From Patulibacter sp. (lineage in GTDB: Bacteria > Actinomycetota > Thermoleophilia > Solirubrobacterales > Solirubrobacteraceae): a stretch of DNA of 27,016 nt. The stretch covers positions 1-27,016 of the forward strand of contig JAVHXX010000005.1 in assembly GCA_031119595.1 (NCBI GenBank), written 5' to 3'. The notes under the pieces were generated by a model. That model had not been told where the DNA came from. It did no database searches and saw only the letters and a list, made by a program, of their open reading frames with translations. Made by a program: the position numbers and the translations under genes. Of this stretch, positions 24,642 to 27,016 are shown one piece after another. The number at the start of each line of letters is the position of its first letter. Position 1 is the first letter of the stretch.

Positions 24642-25448
24642 TCAGCGGCGGCCGCGACCGGTGACGAGGGAGGCGAGCCGCTCGACGGGATCCAGCTCCG
24701 TGGCCTCGGCGGGACCGACCGGCTGCGTCAGCCCGAGGAACATCGCCACGACCGACGACATCGTCAGCGACGCGTCGACCGACGGTTCGAACCGGCGGCG
24801 CGTGGCGATCCCCTCGATGAAGACGTGCGTCTGTCTTGCGAGGGTCATGAGCGAGATGCCGGGCCGCACCATCCGGCCGGTGAGGTCGAGGGCACGCTCG
24901 TGAACCGGGAGGTACCGCTCGATCTGACCGTCCTGGCTACGGCGCAGGCGCCGGGCGACCTCGACCGAGCCGTCCGCGGCGACCAGCGCGACCGCCCACA
25001 GACGTTCCGCGGCGGCGTCCGACTCGTCGCCGGTGGCTCCGGGCGTCAGGGCGTCGAGGTGCTCGGCGACGGCTCGCGCGACGGCCGCCGGGTCGCCGGT
25101 ACGCTCGAACTCGTCGAGTGCCGTCAGGTAGACGAACGCCTGCCGTTCAGCCGCAGCGAGCTGTCGTTCCAGGAGCGCATCGAGCGTGAACAGCAACAGG
25201 TGCTCGCGGTCGAAGGCCCACCGCTTCTGCTGGCCCCCGTCGCGGGTATCGGAACCATCACGCTGCAGTCGCGACAGCTGGTATCGGATGCTCGAGGGGG
25301 CGTATCCGGTCGCCTGTCCGAGGCGTTCCGGCGTGACGGCCGCGAGGAGATCACCGGTGTCGAGCGCGTCGATCACGTCCATGGCGGCGTCGGCGAGTCC
25401 GCGGATCGTGGCTCCGTCGCGGGTGCCGTGCGCCGGAGGTCGGGTCAC
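24642..25448 (-). CDS. Divergent TetR-like transcriptional regulator
   Basis: TIRGLADAAMDVI...VTPERLGQATGYAPSSIRYQL resembles the TetR N-terminal HTH, followed by an all-helical C-terminal domain. GTG 25448 lies 7 nt after CAGACT. Confidence 0.6.
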   Translation of the reverse strand: MTRPPAHGTRDGATIRGLADAAMDVIDALDTGDLLAAVTPERLGQATGYAPSSIRYQLSRLQRDGSDTRDGGQQKRWAFDREHLLLFTLDALLERQLAAAERQAFVYLTALDEFERTGDPAAVARAVAEHLDALTPGATGDESDAAAERLWAVALVAADGSVEVARRLRRSQDGQIERYLPVHERALDLTGRMVRPGISLMTLARQTHVFIEGIATRRRFEPSVDASLTMSSVVAMFLGLTQPVGPAEATELDPVERLASLVTGRGRR

Positions 25449-25455
25449 CGCCCCG

Positions 25456-25461
25456 AGTCTG
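25456..25461 (-). promoter_or_regulatory. -10-like element (CAGACT) for the leaderless TetR-like gene
   Basis: CANNNT variant exactly 7 nt upstream of GTG 25448. Confidence 0.4.
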
Positions 25462-25562
25462 CCCCGCCGGCGGGCCGCATTCCACTGATTACAATCCGGC
25501 GCGCGTCGGCGACAGTGCACCGACACGCCCCGTCCACCGTGGCTCCGACCGCCCCGCCGGGC

Positions 25563-25568
25563 TACCAT
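25563..25568 (+). promoter_or_regulatory. -10 element (TACCAT) for the leaderless phosphoribosyltransferase gene
   Basis: TANNNT exactly 7 nt upstream of GTG 25576. Confidence 0.55.
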
Positions 25569-25575
25569 CTCCCGC

Positions 25576-26085
25576 GTGAGCACCCCCGAGGCCCCGGAGA
25601 TCAAACGCGAGATCCTCGAGTGGGGCCACATGGGCGAGGCGACGAAGTCGCTCGCCACGGCGATCCACGAGGACGGCTACCGCCCTGACGTGGTCTTCGC
25701 GATCGCGCGGGGTGGGCTCATCGTGGCGGCGTCGCTCGCGTACGCGCTCGGCGTGAAGAACACGTACACGATGAACGTCGAGTTCTACACGGGGGTCGAC
25801 GAGCGCCTCCCGGTGCCGATCATCCTGCCGCCGGCCCCGGACCTGGTCGACCTCGGCGACGCGAAGATCCTCATCGCGGACGACGTCGCGGACACCGGCG
25901 CGACGCTGGAGCTCGTGCAGCGGTTCTGCGGCGAGCGCGTGGGAGAGGTGCGCACCGCCGCCCTCTACGAGAAACCGCATTCGGTCGTGAAGTGCGACTA
26001 CGTGTGGCGGCGCACCGCGGACTGGATCGTGTTCCCGTGGAGCGCCGATCCGCCGCTCAGCGCCGAGGCCACGCGCGACGCCTGA
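25576..26085 (+). CDS. Type I phosphoribosyltransferase (xanthine/hypoxanthine-guanine PRTase-like, actinobacterial type)
   Basis: PDVVFAIARGG, PRPP-binding motif ILIADDVADTGATL, LYEKP and WIVFPW. Confidence 0.92.
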   Translation: MSTPEAPEIKREILEWGHMGEATKSLATAIHEDGYRPDVVFAIARGGLIVAASLAYALGVKNTYTMNVEFYTGVDERLPVPIILPPAPDLVDLGDAKILIADDVADTGATLELVQRFCGERVGEVRTAALYEKPHSVVKCDYVWRRTADWIVFPWSADPPLSAEATRDA

Positions 26086-26095
26086 GGCGCCCGAT

Positions 26096-26118
26096 CCGCC
26101 ACGCAGCGGCGGCCTTTT
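26096..26118 (+). terminator. Weak intrinsic terminator after the PRTase gene
   Basis: CCGCC-ACGCAGC-GGCGG stem followed by CCTTTT. Confidence 0.35.
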
Positions 26119-26183
26119 CCGATTGTAATCCGCGCAATCTGGCGGGAATCGGCACTTTCCAATCGGTACGCTGCCCGACTGAA

Positions 26184-26382
26184 GAACGTTCGCGTTCCTG
26201 TTTTGCGGGACTCCGCTAAACAGCTTGGCTGATCCGTCCTGCTGTGCCAGCGTGGACGGTGCAGCCGCCCGCGCGGAAGCGTGGGCTCGGGGCGCCGCAG
26301 CGCACCGTGGGTCGGTCGACGTCGGGGGACCTCGTACTGACTCCCGGTGCGGTGCGGCGCTCGGTCGTTCCCGGAGCACGAC
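26184..26382 (+). ncRNA. Candidate structured RNA (unassigned family) or structured 5' leader
   Basis: Consecutive hairpins: a UUCG-capped stem (26184-26197), a long stem (26227-26266), a GGAA-capped 8-bp stem (26267-26286), a roughly 70-nt hairpin (26292-26360, 15 of 16 outer pairs) and a stem at 26364-26382. G-U wobbles and tetraloops work on the plus strand. Confidence 0.4.
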
Positions 26383-26683
26383 TTGGACGGCCTGTCTCGG
26401 ACGCTACGCCAGCCCGCGCACGCGCGCGGCGGGCCGCCGGTGATCGACGCCTCGCCGACGCGGTCGGACGTCTCCTCGAACACCCGTCTGCCCGCCTCGC
26501 GAAGCCGGTGCATCACCGCACCGCGCCGTAGCAGGAACGGGTTGCCGCCGCGCCTGTCCGTGCAACAACACGCACGATGTTTGCGTCGGCCGGGCGCGGT
26601 GTAAGGATGGGGCCAATGATCGTCTCGTGCCGTGACGTCATCGGAACACCCTTTCCACCGAGTGACCCTATGGTGACTCGGGG

Positions 26684-27016
26684 ATGAGTCATGGCCCGTA
26701 CATCGAGACCCGCGACTCACCGGTCGTCGCGCCCGAGCCGGGTGCCCTCGGTCCGCGCGAGAAGGCGATCCCGCGTCGCCCCGACGGCTCCCGCATCCCG
26801 GGCTGGGACACGCCCAACGATCTCGAGAAGCCGCCGGCCGGCATCCCGGACCTGGCCACCACGCCGGTCCCGGATCACCTGAAGGCCGAGATCGAGGACG
26901 CGGTCTCGCGCTACCCCGACGCCCGCTCCGCGATCATCCCCGCGCTCTGGGCCGCCCAGCGCCTCCACGGCTGGTGTTCGCCGACCGCCGTCCAGCAGGT
27001 CGCCGCGGTGCTCCAC
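26684..27016 (+). CDS. nuoE: NADH-quinone oxidoreductase subunit E-like protein (NuoE/24-kDa family), 3' end truncated by the window
   Basis: Not in the ORF track because there is no stop codon in the window. Manual translation from ATG 26684 gives MSHGPYIETRDSP...LKAEIEDAVSRYPDARSAIIPALWAAQRLHGWCSPTAVQQVAAVLH, which carries the NuoE YP..RSA.IP.L..AQ...GW signature. Confidence 0.85.
   Translation, partial: MSHGPYIETRDSPVVAPEPGALGPREKAIPRRPDGSRIPGWDTPNDLEKPPAGIPDLATTPVPDHLKAEIEDAVSRYPDARSAIIPALWAAQRLHGWCSPTAVQQVAAVLH

Noticed and set aside
26086-26683. Known RNA families (RNase P, tmRNA, SRP, TPP/cobalamin/glycine/c-di-AMP/Moco riboswitches) and small ORFs such as 26347..26604
   Set aside because: The diagnostic conserved sequences were not found by eye on either strand. 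The small ORFs lack an RBS and have shadow-like composition.
1-27016. CRISPR array, tRNA/att site, integrase or transposase marking an island boundary
   Set aside because: No regularly spaced direct repeats, tRNA cloverleaf or recombinase/transposase motifs were seen. Mobility of the locus cannot be claimed from this window.

Overview
High-GC (roughly 70-75%) bacterial DNA with actinobacterial-style leaderless promoters. It contains about 22 supportable CDSs and no CRISPR array, tRNA/rRNA, integrase or transposase. Layout: (1) 97-5582, a mostly stop/start-overlapping operon encoding a vWA-like lipoprotein, an NrdG-like radical SAM protein, a small hypothetical protein, a ClpB-D2-like AAA+ ATPase and a 4-TM coiled-coil protein. 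(2) 5603-22719, the most interesting block. Two translationally coupled operons converge, with stop codons 3 nt apart. The plus arm is orphan, PemK/MazF-like fusion, radical SAM A, ATP-grasp ligase, degenerate SIR2-like protein, nSTAND1 NTPase with pentapeptide repeats. The minus arm is radical SAM B (a paralog of A), an ATCase-like carbamoyltransferase with an altered acceptor loop, and a CHAT protein lacking its catalytic His. A nitroreductase lies divergently at the left end. A divergent ECF-like sigma factor, a hairpin-bracketed 40-aa Lys/Pro-rich peptide and a pseudo-response regulator lie at the right end. (3) 22841-27016: hypothetical genes, a TetR-like regulator, a purine phosphoribosyltransferase, a roughly 600-nt highly structured intergenic region and the start of a NuoE-like gene. 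All family calls come from motif recognition by eye; no database search was run.
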